Source: Neoechinorhynchus agilis (Eukaryota > Animalia > Acanthocephala). From it: a stretch of 64,000 nucleotides of DNA. The notes beneath the pieces are model-generated. The model did not search any database and was not told the origin of the DNA. It worked only from the letters and a program-made list of their open reading frames with translations. Location of the stretch: NCBI GenBank assembly GCA_051530055.1, contig CM121342.1:4029489-4093488 (forward strand). The letters run 5' to 3'. Shown in pieces: positions 61,980 to 64,000 of this stretch. Position 1 is the stretch's first letter. Each line of letters starts with the position of its first letter. The position numbers were made by a program, and so were the translations under genes.

Positions 61980-64000
61980 TTGTTCAAAAAGAATTTATTT
62001 TCTAAAGAAATGTTTTTTTTTGATTTGGTTGTTCAAAAAAGAATTAAACGGAAAAACTGGTCATAGTTGAACGCTTACAAGAGGGAAAATATTTTCTAAA
62101 ATCATTTTGAGGTTCAAAGAAATCGTTTAAGAAAAAGAACATCGCATCGGTTTTAAAGGATTCCGGAATCAAATTTAAATTTCTCTTAGAACGATTCAAT
62201 GGTTTCAAAATAAAAGCAATAGCGAGGATATTTTCTTAAGAAATGTTTTTTTTGATTTGGTTGTTCAAAAAAGAATTAAACGGCAAAACTGGTCATAGTT
62301 GAACGCTTACAAGAGGGAAAATATTTTCTAAAATCATTTTGAGGTTCAAAAAAATCGTTTAAGAAAAAGAACATCGCAACGGTTTTAAAGGATTCCGGAA
62401 TCAAATTTGAATTTCTCTTAGGACGATTCAATGGTTTCAAAATAAAGCAAAAGCGAGGATATTTTCTTAAGAAATGTTTTTTTATTTGGTTGTTCAAAAA
62501 AGAATTAAACGGCGAAACTGGTCATAGTTGAACGCTTACAAGAGGGAAATATTTTCTAAAATCATTTTGAGGTTCAAAGAAATCGTTTAAGAAAAAGAAC
62601 ATCGCAACGGTTTTAAAGGATTCCGGAATCAAATTTAAATTTCTCTTAGGACGATTCAATGGTTTCAAAATAAAAGCAATAGCGAGGATATTTTCTTAAG
62701 AAATGTTTTTTTTATTTGGTTGTTCAAAAAAGAATTAAACGGCGAAACTGGTCATAGTTGAACGCTTACAAGAGGGAAAATATTTTCTAAAATATTTTGA
62801 GGTTCGAAATGTTTAAGAAAAAGAACATCGCAACGGTTTTAAAGATTGGAATCAATTTGAATTTCTAGACGATTCAATGGTTTCAAAATAAAAGCAATAG
62901 CGAGGATATTTTCTTAAGAAATGTTTTTTTTGATTTGGTTGTTCAAAAAAGAATTAAACGGCGAAACTGGTCATAGTTGAACGCTTACAAGAGGGAAAAT
63001 ATTTTCTAAAATCATTTTGAGGTTCAAAGAAATCGTTTAAGAAAAAGAACATCGCAACGGTTTTAAAGGATTCCGGAATCAAATTTGAATTTCTCTTAGG
63101 ACGATTCAATGGTTTCAAAATAAAAGCAATAGCGAGGATATTTTCTTAAGAAATGTTTTTTTTATTTGGTTGTTCAAAAAAGAATTAAACGGCAAAACTG
63201 GTCATAGTTGAACGCTTACAAGAGGGAAAATATTTTCTAAAATCATTTTGAGGTTCAAAGAAATCGTTTAAGAAAAAGAACATCGCAACGGTTTTAAAGG
63301 ATTCCGGAATCAAATTTAAATTTCTCTTAGGACGATTCAATGGTTTCAAAATAAAAGCAAAAGCGAGGATATTTTCTTAAGAAATGTTTTTTTTGATTTG
63401 GTTGTTCAAAAAAGAATTAAACGGCGAAACTGGTCATAGTTGAACGCTTACAAGAGGGAAAATATTTTCTAAAATCATTTTGAGGTTCAAAAAAATCGTT
63501 TAAGAAAAAGAACATCGCAACGGTTTTAAAGGATTCCGGAATCAAATTTGAATTTCTCTTAGGACGATTCATGGTTTCAAATAAAAGCAATAGCGAGGAT
63601 ATTTTCTTAAGAAATGTTTTTTTTTGATTTGGTTGTTCAAAAAAGAATTAAACGGCGAAACTGGTCATAGTTGAACGCTTACAAGAGGGAAAATATTTTC
63701 TAAAATCATTTTGAGGTTCAAAAAAATCGTTTAAGAAAAAGAACATCGCAACGGTTTTAAAGGATTCCGGAATCAAATTTAAATTTCTCTTAGGACGATT
63801 CAATGGTTTCAAAATAAAAGCAATAGCGAGGATATTTTCTTAAGAAATGTTTTTTTTTGATTTGGTTGTTCAAAAAAGAATTAAACGGCGAAACTGGTCA
63901 TAGTTGAACGCTTACAAGAGGGAAAATATTTTCTAAAATCATTTTGAGGTTCAAAGAAATCGTTTAAGAAAAAGAACATCGCAACGGTTTTAAAGGATTC
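61980..64000. repeat. Tandem array, ~232 bp unit, at least 8.5 copies (runs off the window end)
   Basis: ctggtcatagttgaacgc at 62057, 62289, 62518 etc. Confidence 0.95.

Noticed and set aside
1475-62497. Many short ORFs in the track antisense to real genes or inside arrays
   Set aside because: No motifs; explained by antisense complementarity or repetition of non-coding units.
1-64000. Tandem arrays as CRISPR arrays
   Set aside because: Units are repeated whole with no unique spacers, there are no cas genes, and the context is eukaryotic with introns.

Overview
Eukaryotic (animal) genomic DNA, AT-rich and gene-dense, with mostly ~45-55 nt GT-AG introns and strongly divergent proteins. The organism cannot be named from this window. 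Recognisable genes: DDB1-like (3' part), a secreted LRR protein, a small TM protein, Hakai/CBLL1-like, an AGC/PKA-like kinase, site-2 protease x2, tRNA-Gly(TCC) x2, FoxO, B4GALT-like, a 4-TM protein, a LIM-homeobox gene (Lhx2/9-like), a PAR-like bZIP, an SLC7 amino-acid transporter, SUMO x2 and TFIIB-like. The architecture is what stands out. (1) There are 13 separate tandem arrays covering about a third of the window. Each is about 1-2.4 kb, with units of about 129-533 bp, and several are built from the local gene itself (a DDB1 exon, the B4GALT start codon region, a terminal exon). (2) There are two large near-perfect inverted duplications: S2P+tRNA around FoxO, and SUMO. (3) A TIR/9-bp-TSD insertion splits the B4GALT catalytic region, and its precise removal restores the ORF. 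(4) A family of GATATTTC...GAAATATC hairpin elements also marks the outer ends of the SUMO palindrome. (5) TIR-bounded packages carry 3' fragments of non-LTR retrotransposons. Garbled low-complexity patches indicate noisy long-read consensus, so the palindromes and array copy numbers need read-level confirmation. All coordinates, unit sizes and identities were read by eye and are approximate.
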